Of a stretch of DNA of 64,000 nucleotides, positions 10,013-20,170 are shown in pieces. How positions within the stretch are numbered: the stretch's first letter is position 1; each line of letters opens with the position of its first letter. Origin of the DNA: Pelagomonas calceolata. Its lineage: Eukaryota. Made by a program: the position numbers and the translations under genes. The notes below the pieces were generated by a model. The model made no database searches. It was not told the DNA's origin and was given only the letters and a program-made list of their open reading frames with translations. Location of the stretch: contig CAKKNE010000001.1 of NCBI GenBank assembly GCA_918797485.1, forward strand, positions 744,001 to 808,000, given 5' to 3'.

Positions 10013-11865
10013 TCAGAGCGCCAGCGCCGAGAACTTCGCCGTCGCCTTCAGCGACAGCTTGCCCGCGGTCCCGAGCGTCGCGCCCACTTGAGTGGAAGGA
10101 GCCGGCGCCGCATCGACACCAAGCGGCACCCAAGAAGCACCTTTCGCACTAGCCGCATTCTGCAAGTGCGACACCACGCTCGCCAAGTCAGCGAAGGGCA
10201 CGTCTACTTGTAAACCCTCGTTCGTCGAGGGATCCTTAACTTCCATATCTTTGACCCTCACGAGACCGCGGGCCCACTCGCCGGGCGCCACGAAGGCGAC
10301 GAGCCGCGCGCCTTGCCGGTTGGCCAGATCAAAAGCTTTCCGCGCTTTGCACGCCGTCAACGCGGCGTCGACCGACAGCCCCGCTTTTCGTAAGGAAGCG
10401 GCAACTTTCAGCGCATGAGGCTGCATCGTCGCGTCAAAAGGCGCGACGACCACATCGACCGACGGCGACGCGTCCGGCATCAACCCGTAGTCCTTCAATA
10501 ATTCAACGACGACGCAGTCCCCGAAGCCGAAGCCACAGAACGGGATTTGACATTTCTCGCCTCCATATAACTCCGCTAACCGGTCGTACCGACCCCCGCC
10601 ACAGATGGCCCGGAGTTCACCCTTCCTGTCGAAAGCCTCGAAGACCACGCCCGTGTAGTAGGCTAAACCTCGCACTACACTTGCATCGAAGTCGAGGTAG
10701 TCCCCCACACCGTACGCTTTGCATAATTCGAACAGCGTCTTGAGTTCGGCAATCGCCGGGTCTGATTGGGATAAACCGACGGCCTTCGCTAGGTCATCAA
10801 CACTAGAAGCCTGTAAGCATTGCAAGATAACATCAGCTGTTTGTGAGGGTAATTCGAGATCCTCGGTCAGCATGCACTTGACCGCCTCGGCGCCGATCTT
10901 GTCTAATTTATCGACGACCACACAAACGCGCTCGAACTTGTCCCTCGGGACGCCTGCCTTCGTGATGGCCACATCTAAGACTTTTCTCGAGTTGACCCGA
11001 ATCCCGACAATGTCCGGACCCACGCCCAGTCGCTTGAAGAACGTCGCGACCGCCGTGAGCAACTCAACTTCGGCGACGATGCCGGGCTCGCCGACCTGCG
11101 CGGGAATACCGATGCTGTGCCTGCTCGATGGCGTGGAGGCTCACGAAGGTCTCTCGCAGTAGCCTCAGGATCATTTCCACACAGTTCACGGACGATGTCC
11201 ATGTTCCACTGGTAGTGCTCCCGCTTCCTCCCCCGCTGCGTCGTCTCGAAGCGCCAGCATTGTGGTATACTAAACCACTTGAGGGGCAGAGCTGCCCTAA
11301 CTTCGCCCGTAGCTAGATTCGTGAGGTTGAGGACCATCCTCGCTAGACTCGGAGTCATCTCCGGCCGCAACGTGACGCGGGCCCCCTCCTTGTCCGTGAA
11401 GCAGTACATCTGCTGGCTTATTTCTTCCCCTGCTTTTCGTTCATATAACTCGACATGTTCCAAGACCGGCGCGTCGTACTCCTTGAACCCGAACTCTTTT
11501 GCTGTTTGTCTCATATGATCAAAAAGCCAGTTCCGCACCTTCATCTCGGCCGGTTCGAAGTCTCTCGTCCCGGACGGTGGGTCGAGCCAGAAGGGCCGCG
11601 GCACCTCTTCTTGTGGTGCTTCTGCGGCGGCTTTATCTAGCGCTTTTTTTATTTTATCTTTCTTTATGGTAGAATCGTTAATACGTTCCACGACTTTCTT
11701 GAGCAATGAATCCTTGCCCTTCTTCTCCGCGGCCTTTTTCTCTTTTAGAGCGGCGGCCTCGGCGGCGGTGGGCTTGGACTTCGGGTTCTCGACGGTTAAG
11801 GACCGCCATTCCCGGACTTCGTCCGGTTTTAATAGAGCGCCGATGTCCGGGCCGCCGCGCGGCAT
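10013..11865 (-). CDS. hisS: Histidyl-tRNA synthetase; 2 exons (11865-11194, 11095-10013)
   Basis: [62 protein letters not shown] and GFGFGD. Removing the GT-AG intron 11096-11193 joins the two ORFs in frame. Confidence 0.95.
11096..11184 (-). mobile_element. Introner-type element (older copy) forming HisRS intron 11096-11193
   Basis: Minus strand reads GTCCGTGAA-CTGTGTGGAAAT...CCACGCCATCGAGCAGG...TATTCCCGCGCAG-GTCGGCGAG. It has a degenerate TIR, a decayed direct repeat, and the same internal motif as the 54835 copy. Confidence 0.75.
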
Positions 11866-12057
11866 CGTCGGCGTATTGCGTGGCTGTGGCTGTGGAGAGG
11901 CGAGGTGCTCCTCACGCGTCGCTGCGGCTGCAGTTGGCGGCAGAGCTGCGCCGTTCGCTGCGCAGCGTCAATAGAGATGAGAGTGCGCCGTTAGCGGTGC
12001 CAGCGATAGCGATTCTGGACGCCTAAGCTCGCAAAAGTTGACGATCGTCGACTTTAG

Positions 12058-12079
12058 GTAGCGGTCGTAAGGCACTAGC
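12058..12079 (+). promoter_or_regulatory. Bipartite CTAG element in divergent promoter
   Basis: gTAGcggtcGTAAGGCACTAGC between the HisRS(-) and RAD51C(+) starts. Confidence 0.6.
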
Positions 12080-12255
12080 AAAATGAAAACTGCCGCGCGC
12101 GGCCCAAATCTGTGCCGCTGTGACACCATCTCCTGCGCAGAGCTTCGTTTCCAGCTCTCCTTTGCTGCGCTGAGAGGCACTCGATCGCTGGCGTCGCTCC
12201 GCCGCCGCTGTGGTGCTCTACAGAGAGCAGCACTCAAACGCCATCGACGCGCACG

Positions 12256-13281
12256 ATGGACGCCCACGCCTCCACACCATTAGAACATGTAGCGCTGCGG
12301 CCGAAGGACCACGCGTTGTTAGGCAGGGGCGGCTTTAGAAGAGTAGGCGATTTGGTGGGAGTCGACGTAAACACAGCCGCATCAAGCATGAGGATAGGCC
12401 CGGACAAGGCCCAAGCTTTACTCGAAGAAGTCGAAGAGAAAGCCAAACCACCGCCCTGGCATTCAGCAAGAGAACTCGAAGCCCAGGAGCACCAGCGCGT
12501 GCCGGTCGTGTCGTTCTGCCGAGGCATCGATGAGCTCCTGGAGGGCGGCGCCAAACCAGGAAAGGTCCTGGAGGTCTGCGGCGGGCCCGGCGCCGGGAAG
12601 ACGCAATTATTACTACAGCTGTGTGTGGACGCGACGATTCCCCATCAGTTCTGCGGTGCTGGAGGTTCGAGCGTTTTTATAGATGCGGACGGCTCCTTCG
12701 CACCGTCGCGGTGCGCCCAGCTCGCCAAGGAGGTGGCGAAGCACGTCCACCGGCTCGCTCGCAAAAAACCGGAACACCAAGCAGCAGCGGCTTCATATTC
12801 GGAGGACGCGTGCCTGGACGCCATCCACGTCTACCGGGCTTTGGATCACGGCGGTGTCGTGCGTGCGCTCGCGCAGGCGTCGACAATTCCCGATCTCAAG
12901 CTCCTTGTTGTTGACAGCGTCGCGGCGCACCTGCGGACCTTCGAGGGTGACCCCGGCGAGCGCATTCGGATCATCGCGAAGCTCGCTTTGGACTTGTCGA
13001 GGGTGGCTCGGCGTGGCGTGGCTGTGGTGGTCTCGAACCAACTCGCCTCGAACCTGACCTCGGATAAGCCAGGCCCGGCCTTAGGCGAGGCCTGGTCCCA
13101 CGCCTGCGACGAGCGGCTGATGCTGCAGCGCGATGCGTCCGGGAAGCGGTCGGCGACGCTGGCGAAGAGTTCAGTGAGGGCGGTCGGTTCTGCACCGTTC
13201 GTGGTGGATGAGCGCGGCGTGCGCGACGCGGCGCGGAAGCGGCGGGGGACGGGTAGTTCTGGGACGGCGGCGTCGGCGTGA
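12256..13281 (+). CDS. RAD51C: RAD51 paralog C
   Basis: EVCGGPGAGKTQL.LQLCVD..IP..F.G.GG..VFID.DGSF (Walker A in RAD51C-specific context), LLVVDSVA (Walker B), and PALGEAWSHA. Confidence 0.85.
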   Translation: MDAHASTPLEHVALRPKDHALLGRGGFRRVGDLVGVDVNTAASSMRIGPDKAQALLEEVEEKAKPPPWHSARELEAQEHQRVPVVSFCRGIDELLEGGAKPGKVLEVCGGPGAGKTQLLLQLCVDATIPHQFCGAGGSSVFIDADGSFAPSRCAQLAKEVAKHVHRLARKKPEHQAAAASYSEDACLDAIHVYRALDHGGVVRALAQASTIPDLKLLVVDSVAAHLRTFEGDPGERIRIIAKLALDLSRVARRGVAVVVSNQLASNLTSDKPGPALGEAWSHACDERLMLQRDASGKRSATLAKSSVRAVGSAPFVVDERGVRDAARKRRGTGSSGTAASA

Positions 13282-13901
13282 GGTGTGTCGTGTGTAAGGT
13301 GAGTGTGTCGTAGTCATTTTTTTGTCCGCGCCGACGGCCGCCGGGCACCGGGTCTTCGGCAACACGGCGACGGCGTCTCTGGCGTGTCCTAACCCGTTGG
13401 CTCGTCTCTGCAGCGATCGTGATCTGTACTTGACCGGTGCGGCTCGCGGCGCCTCGGCAATTTGGAGATAACACGGCATCGACCTAAAACACCGTATAAC
13501 ACCGCGTACCGCTAATCAATTCCAATACTGACATTCGCATTGCTGCTCGCTTGGTCTGAACGGATCACGGTTGCAACGCCGCGGCAAGCCGTGCGCCTCC
13601 TGCGGGGCACGCTGCACTCTCTGAAATGTTATCCTGATGAGATTCAGGCGGCGCCGTAGCACGGTTATGCATCTCAGCAATGCGAGGCCATGCGACGAGC
13701 GCAGCGCACAATGGATGCGCGTCAGATGATGCATTTGCAGCTCGGTTGGCCAGCACACACGTCGTCGCGCATGCGCCCCGCTTGACCAGCACACACGAGG
13801 CGCTGTCGCCGCGGTATTGCAAGAAACACACGCCAGACGCCGTCGCCGCGCTCACACATGCGCACCCTCGAGACGCCGTCGCCACGCAGGCACAAACAAA
13901 G

Positions 13902-14366
13902 ATGGCCGCCATGATGGACTTGGAACGGACCTACATCATGATCAAGCCCGACGGCGTCCAGCGCGGTCTTATTGGAGACATCGTCAAGCGCTTCGAGCAG
14001 AAGGGCTTCAAGCTCGTCGCGGCCAAGCTCTACAGCCCGTCGCGCGCGCACTTCGAGAAGCACTACGAGGACCTGAAGGGCAAGAAGTTCTTCCCGTCGA
14101 TGATCGACTACATGATCACGGGCCCCGTCTTCTGCATGGTCTGGGCCGGCAAGGGCGCCGTGAAGACGGGCCGCAAGATGCTCGGCGAGACGAACCCCGC
14201 CGACTCGCTGCCCGGGTCCATCCGCGGCGACTTCTGCATCGACATCGGGCGCAACATCTGCCACGGCTCCGACACCGTCGAGAACGCGGAAAAGGAGATC
14301 GCGCTCTGGTTCCCGGAAGGCACGAACGCGTGGACGTCGCACTCGCAGGGCTGGATCTACGAGTAG
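13902..14366 (+). CDS. ndk: Nucleoside diphosphate kinase
   Basis: [33 protein letters not shown] and C-terminal WIYE. ATG at 13902; the upstream ORF extension is not homologous. Confidence 0.97.
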   Translation: MAAMMDLERTYIMIKPDGVQRGLIGDIVKRFEQKGFKLVAAKLYSPSRAHFEKHYEDLKGKKFFPSMIDYMITGPVFCMVWAGKGAVKTGRKMLGETNPADSLPGSIRGDFCIDIGRNICHGSDTVENAEKEIALWFPEGTNAWTSHSQGWIYE

Positions 14367-14569
14367 ATTCCTTGGCGTAAGGTGGTTCCAAGTAGCTTCC
14401 CTGCGTGACCGCCCGCCCAGTAGTCCTCATACGCCGTCGCCCCGAGTGTTCGCGTTCCCGGACCGGGTACTCCTATTTCAGGAAAAGAACAAAGTATAGA
14501 AGAGGGAAACGCGTGAGGAAGGGAAGGAAGAGGCGTCGCCTAAGAAAGCGAACGCGCAGAGGGCGCGTC

Positions 14570-15609
14570 TCAGAGACGCAGCTCGGCCGAGATGGCTGGG
14601 TGGTCAGAGCCGCCGGTGCCGCGGTCTCTCGCATCGATCGTCGTCCACTCGCTTGTCGCGAAGATTTTGTCCAGGCCTCCGTAGCCGCCGAACTGGCCGG
14701 TTCCCATGTAGACGAGCGGAATGCCGCGGCTCGCGAGGTTCGACTCGAAGGAGCCCTCGGACGCACCACCCGAGGCGAACGGGTTGCAGTCGCCGACGAC
14801 GATGGTAGGACTACCGCCCGCGCCGAGCTCTTCGCGCTTGTCGACCAGCTGGCGCGCAATTCCCGCGTGGGTGTTGCGGTCCGTCGCGGCGCACCCGTTA
14901 TGCGGCAGGTGCGTGTTGAAGAACCAGAACTCGTCGCCCGTCGCGCGGATCTGGAACTTGCCCCAGGTCACCGTGCGCTGCGCGTAGCAGTCGCGCGGCA
15001 CGTCCATCCAGCCGCTCTCGAGGGCCTCGAGGCGCGACCCGTAGCACCCCACTGGTCGCTACCGACTTCGCGCCAGCCCGACGCCAGGAGCGTGAAGCGC
15101 GCGTCGTCCCACGCGATCGGCGACGGGTTGTCGTTGTAGCCGCCGATCGCGGTCGGCTCGTAGTAGCTCCACCCGTTCATGCGCGGCACGGAGTTGATGA
15201 CGTTCGCGACGCCGGTCGCCTCTTGGAAGCCGATGATGTCGAAGGACTGGCTCTGGATCTTGTCGTAGAGCGCGCCCCAGCGATTATTCGCGCCGACGTT
15301 CCACTCGTAGAGGTTGAACGTGGCGACCTCGAGGTCGGCGCCTGGCTGGACCGGCGGCGCCGGCGCCGGCGCCGGCGCGTCGCCGGCGCACGAGCCGCAA
15401 ATGCTTGGGAATTCTCCCGCGACGGTCGAGCACGCCTCGGCCTCGCTCATGGCGCGGTTGTTGATTAGCCACGTGATGCGGTCACCGCACGTGGCCGAAG
15501 GCGCCTCGGCGTTCGCGGCAAGCGCATTCCAGTCGCAAGCAGAGTTGCAGAAGAGGTTGGCGCGGGCGCCGGCGGCGAGCGCTACTAAGAGAGCGAGAGA
15601 TTTGTTCAT
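14570..15609 (-). pseudogene. Secreted Cys-rich plus endonuclease/exonuclease/phosphatase (EEP) protein with an internal frame break near 15050
   Basis: Signal peptide MNKSLALLVALAAGA, Cys-rich module, then EEP motifs VATFNL / DIIGFQE in one frame and NTHLPH / VVGDCN / LDKIF / SDHPAISAEL in another. Confidence 0.65.
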
Positions 15610-16195
15610 CGTGTGGAGTGCTGGTGCCTGCGCGCGGCAATCGCGCACGTGACGTGCGGCGGCGGCCGCGGCGCGGCCGACATGGACGGGTGACAGCCCG
15701 TGAGGAGGACGCGATTCCCGAAAATAAATAGCGCGCGAGGACGCGAGCGATGTGTGTGGCGCGTCCGAAGCGGGATTAGCCACGACGCGTGTACACACGC
15801 TCCGCAGTGCCCGAGGCCACCTTAGGGAGAGTTGTGTTTTGCGCCACGCGCGCGCGAGTATTTGTCCGCTTGTCGATGCGAGGCGCGAGACACGAGTCAG
15901 GAGATACTGCGGGACGCGGCGATGTACGTATTGCGACCTCGGGAAAGCCAGGAGCGGCACGCAAAACGGCGGGCAAGGCAAGGAGGTTGTACGGCAACGG
16001 GCAAGTTTTTCAGTCTCAGCAAATAAGGAGACTTTCGACTACTCGCCCTACGCTTCCCGGGCCCCCGGACCGTCTCTAGTGCGGGTAGTTGATATCCGCG
16101 GACCGCGCTCGCGACCGCCGCGAGACGAGCAAACAAAACCAAACACTCTAGCCAAAAACTGGCCAAAAACGCCATCGACGCGACAAGAACACTAA

Positions 16196-17005
16196 CTAGC
16201 CCCGATTACTCGCCGCATACGGATTCCGCGTCTTCCCGGCCGGCGGCGTCGTCCGCTTTTTCGCCTCGCGTCGTTGCGCCGCAGGCATCGGCGGCAAGGC
16301 GGGCGCCGGCGGGACCTGCGCCCCGGGGCCCGCCACCTTCGGAACCGCGAGGGGCGGCGCGCCCCGGCGCACGGCGGCATGCGCCAAAGCAGCCACCTCC
16401 GAATCCAACGCCGTACGAGCGTCGGCCGCCGCCCTTTCCGCGACGCGCACGGCCGCGAGCGTCTCGGCGACGCCCGCGACCCGTTCCCGCAGATTGTCCT
16501 GCTCCCGACGACTCGCCTCGGCCTCAGCAGACATAACATGTAAGACTTTCTGCGCCTCAGAACCGGCGTCCTCGGCGGCCTGGACGCGCCGCCGCATCTC
16601 CCTCAACTCCTCTCTCAACGAATCCACTTCGGTTTGTGATCTCTCTAGATCACCGAGTGCCGCGTTCTTCGCCTCCTGGACGTCTCCTAATTCCCTCTGC
16701 ACAGATTCCAGATGCCTCTCGAGGTCGACCTTGTCGGCCAATGCTGCTTGTAACTGATCATGCAAAGCATCAGTCGCGGTCTTGGCATCAGACGCAACAG
16801 TCTGCAATTGCCGCTGCAGGTTCTCCTTCGCGTTAGCTTCATTCAGTAGCTGTTGTTCGAGGTCCGCGTTCGCTCGGCGCGCGGCGTCGAGCTCCGCCAG
16901 CTTCGCTTGATACAATTCCATGGTCTCGGCGTCGCCCGCGGCGTCGGCCATCAAGGCGTTGAGCTGGTGGAGGAGCATCTCCTTCGATGCTCCTACATCT
17001 GCCAT
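16196..17005 (-). CDS. Coiled-coil protein of unknown function
   Basis: Long heptad-rich E/Q/L/A sequence followed by a Pro-rich tail. Confidence 0.75.
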   Translation of the reverse strand: MADVGASKEMLLHQLNALMADAAGDAETMELYQAKLAELDAARRANADLEQQLLNEANAKENLQRQLQTVASDAKTATDALHDQLQAALADKVDLERHLESVQRELGDVQEAKNAALGDLERSQTEVDSLREELREMRRRVQAAEDAGSEAQKVLHVMSAEAEASRREQDNLRERVAGVAETLAAVRVAERAAADARTALDSEVAALAHAAVRRGAPPLAVPKVAGPGAQVPPAPALPPMPAAQRREAKKRTTPPAGKTRNPYAASNRG

Positions 17006-17165
17006 TTTGAAGGTAACGTCTCGTCGATGGCGTTGGGGGAAGGCCGGTCCGGGGGCAGCCGATGCGCGCTGCAGCGATGCGTAGGCTGCGAGCCACGAAG
17101 CGTGCGATGCGTCCGCTCGCGCGTCCTGGGAAACAGGCCAGCCAAAGCTGCCAACGTTCGATATT

Positions 17166-17188
17166 GCTAGTGTCTTTCAGCCGCTAGC
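17166..17188 (-). promoter_or_regulatory. Bipartite CTAG element in divergent promoter
   Basis: Reverse complement reads GCTAGCGgctGAAAGACACTAGC. Confidence 0.6.
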
Positions 17189-17306
17189 TGTCAGCCGGCG
17201 GACAAATTTGGGTTAAACTAACACCGCTAGGCTTGGACAAATCAGCGCGCATGCTAATTTGGACCACTCCTGCCACCCGAAGACCATAAGAGATCGATTC
17301 GCAGCG

Positions 17307-19541
17307 ATGCTGCACGCCCGAGCAAATGCAGCCCTGCTGCTGCTCTGGGCCGCGAGCGCCGCCGCCGAGGACAAGGCCATGCGAACGCTCTCGATAGGCA
17401 CGACGGGCGTCGCCGTCAAAATAAGACAAGGCCCGGCCTTCGACCAATTATTTACGTGGTCGAAGCATTTAGGAGATCGCGGCGCGACGCACGGCGAGGC
17501 CTCGGAAAGAGAACAGCGGGTGCATTCGCTAGTGGCGAGCGGCGCCTGGCCGGCCTACGCCTGGGACGAGTACCAACGATTGGCAGCAGGCAGCGGCCAG
17601 GTCGACTCGGGTTCTCTATTACGGGACTACGGCGTCGCGTTCTCCGTGGCCGAGCACGCATCGTCGGAGCCGCTCTTCCGGGCGGCCGCATCAAACGACG
17701 CGGCCGAGGTGCGACGGCTGTTGAAAGGCGATTATGAGAGCGACGCGGCGCTGCCCGACGGCACGACCGCTCTTCACGCGGCGGCGCTGAGCGATTCCAT
17801 AAAGGTAGCAAAGCTCCTTCTGGATAGCGCGGACGACGCGCGTTCACTAATAGAGGCGCGCGGCGCGCACGGGCTGACCGCGCTGCACACCGCGGCCGCC
17901 GCCAACGCTCTTAAAGTCGTCGCAGAACTGGTGAGGAGGGGCGCCGTCGTCGATGCTAGACATGCCTTCGCCAACTCGACAGCGTTACATTTCGCTGCCG
18001 AGGACGGCCATCATGAGATTATCAAAGCGCTATGTGACGCGGGCGCCGACGCCGACGCCTCTACAACATTAGGTGGAAGGCCGCTGCACGCGGCAGCCCA
18101 GAAGGGCCACGGGAAAGCCATTGATGCTTTATTGGAATGCGGCGCGTCGACAGAAGCCCTCCTGAACAACGACACGACACCTCTTTATTTAGCAGCTCTG
18201 GAGGGCCACGCGGCCGCCGCGCGCGCCTTAGTGCAAGGAGGCGCATCTCTCACCCCCACGATCCAGCGGAGAGCGGGGTCCGCGTCGCGCGCCGTCGCCG
18301 CCGCACATGACAGGAACGACTGGCGGCCGAACGCCGAGCCCGGCAACGGGGCCACGCCGTTGCACGCGGCGGCGGAGCACGGCCACGTGGATGTTGTTTC
18401 TATTCTCCTGGAGGCGGGCGCTCCCATTGATGACCGGTCCATGAGCGGTGTCTCTCCTTTACATTTGGCGAGTGGCTACGAGCGCCTCGACGTCCTCTCA
18501 TTGTTATTGGAGAAGGGTGCGACCGTCGACATCGGCGATATGCGGGGCGCGACGCCGCTGCAACACGGCGTCGCGTCTCTGCGAATAGTGGAGGCTTTAC
18601 TTGAGCGGGGCGCGGACCCGAACGCTCGACGAAGAGACGGCGCGACGGCCGTGCACGCGGCAGCGTCGCTCGGCAACGTTGAGGTATTGCGCTTTCTTGT
18701 GCAGAAAGGTGGGCTGGCTGCGAGTGCCACCGAGGACGGCGTGACGCCGCTGCTGGTCGCGGCGACCGACGAAACGTTGATAGACGCCCTGGCGGACGCC
18801 TCCGACCTCAAAGCAGCCCTGGGGATACCGGGCCCCGCCACGGACTCGATCATTACGCACTCGCGCGAGGCGAAGACGGGCGACCCCCCTCTAAGTCACG
18901 CGGTGCGCAAGGGGGCACGTGCATCGGCCAAGCGTCTGTTAAAGCTGGGCGCGGACCCCAACCTCAAGTCCGAGGACTCGGGCTGCGCTCCGTTACATTT
19001 TGCTGCTAATAACGACGACGGCCACCTCGTCGAGGCTCTGGTGAAAAATGGGGCTCTGGTAGATACAACATCGGTGGAGTTGGGCGGCTCCACTCCGTTG
19101 TACATCGCCGCGACGCGCGGCGCGACAAGCGCGGCCGTGGCTCTGTTGGACGCGGGCGCCGACCCGGACCTCGCCGTCGACAACGGCGAGACTCCGTTAC
19201 TAGCCGCGATCGAGGGCGACTTTATCCAAGTGGTCCGCGCGTTACTGTCGGAGGAGGCCGAGGCGCCCGTGCGGACCGCAGACCCGAACAAAGGTACACA
19301 ATCGTCGTCGGTCCGCCAGGCGCCGTTGCTGTTGGCCGTGGCGCGGGGCCGCGTCGACGCCGCGGCGGCGCTGCTCGAGGCCGGGGCGAACTGCGCCATG
19401 CTCGTGGCGTCGCGGCCAGGGGAGCCGCCCGAGAATTTGATCGACGTCGCGCGGCAGCGGCGGGACCACGCGATGCTCCAGCTGCTCGTGAAAAACGAGG
19501 AGGCGTGCGACGTCGGCCTCGAGGACATGGAATCAGACTAA
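17307..19541 (+). CDS. Ankyrin-repeat protein with N-terminal signal peptide
   Basis: More than 15 G.T[AP]LH.AA..G...L repeats. MLHARANAALLLLWAASAAA- is signal-peptide-like. Confidence 0.88.
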   Translation: MLHARANAALLLLWAASAAAEDKAMRTLSIGTTGVAVKIRQGPAFDQLFTWSKHLGDRGATHGEASEREQRVHSLVASGAWPAYAWDEYQRLAAGSGQVDSGSLLRDYGVAFSVAEHASSEPLFRAAASNDAAEVRRLLKGDYESDAALPDGTTALHAAALSDSIKVAKLLLDSADDARSLIEARGAHGLTALHTAAAANALKVVAELVRRGAVVDARHAFANSTALHFAAEDGHHEIIKALCDAGADADASTTLGGRPLHAAAQKGHGKAIDALLECGASTEALLNNDTTPLYLAALEGHAAAARALVQGGASLTPTIQRRAGSASRAVAAAHDRNDWRPNAEPGNGATPLHAAAEHGHVDVVSILLEAGAPIDDRSMSGVSPLHLASGYERLDVLSLLLEKGATVDIGDMRGATPLQHGVASLRIVEALLERGADPNARRRDGATAVHAAASLGNVEVLRFLVQKGGLAASATEDGVTPLLVAATDETLIDALADASDLKAALGIPGPATDSIITHSREAKTGDPPLSHAVRKGARASAKRLLKLGADPNLKSEDSGCAPLHFAANNDDGHLVEALVKNGALVDTTSVELGGSTPLYIAATRGATSAAVALLDAGADPDLAVDNGETPLLAAIEGDFIQVVRALLSEEAEAPVRTADPNKGTQSSSVRQAPLLLAVARGRVDAAAALLEAGANCAMLVASRPGEPPENLIDVARQRRDHAMLQLLVKNEEACDVGLEDMESD

Positions 19542-19648
19542 TTTTGTGGTTGTTGTTGTAATCTAGCATTTTTGTGAGTTGAAAAATCGGGTTTTTCAAG
19601 CCGAGTCAAGCCGCCGCGCAAGCCAATAGCCCACCGCAAAAAGGAGGC

Positions 19649-20119
19649 ATGCTCGACGCATTGCTCGTCGTCCAGGCCAATCTTGCGGGCTCATATGATG
19701 CTCTTGGACGCTCTGAACAGGCCGCAAATCTATATCGAGATGTATATTCCGGACGTCTAAAGCTCAATGGTATGGAAAATGAACATACTCTCATAGCAGC
19801 CAACAACTACGCGTCGTCCCTTAGGAATCTAAAGCGCTTCAAAGAAGCCAGGTCGCTGCTGCGCAAAACCATTCCCGTGGCACGACGCGTTCTCGGAGAT
19901 AGTCATGAAATCACGCTCAGGATGAGGTGGGTTTACGCGGAGACTTTCTACAAAGCCGACGCCGCGACGCTTGACGATCTCCGCGAGGCCGTGACGACGC
20001 TCGAGGACACGGATCGGATCGCGCGGCGCGTGCTCGGGAGCGCGCATCCGCTCGCAAAGATAATCGGGAACAATCTCCGACTTGCGCGAGCAGTACTCCA
20101 AGCCGCGACGGAGAAGTAA
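19649..20119 (+). pseudogene. 5'-truncated copy (TPR part only) of the MYND-RINGv-TPR family
   Basis: Aligns by eye to the C-terminal half of the protein at 59958-61100 (RDVY.GRLKL.G.ENE.TL..ANNYA...LKRF.EA..LLRK...VARRVLG; ATLD.LREAVTTLE). It begins mid-repeat. Confidence 0.7.
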
Positions 20120-20170
20120 ATCTTGGATAATCGTAGTAAACATATATCCACTTACAACGGGGCCACACAA

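Noticed and set aside
10975..11193. Programmed frameshift or pseudogene in HisRS (also considered for calnexin, the 25.8 kb SDR and the 2OG oxygenase)
   Set aside because: Each break is explained exactly by a GT-AG intron that restores conserved protein sequence.
6240..14366. Operon or functional gene cluster
   Set aside because: The neighbours (heme synthesis, trafficking, translation, repair, nucleotide metabolism) are functionally unrelated and alternately oriented, as expected for a compact eukaryotic chromosome.
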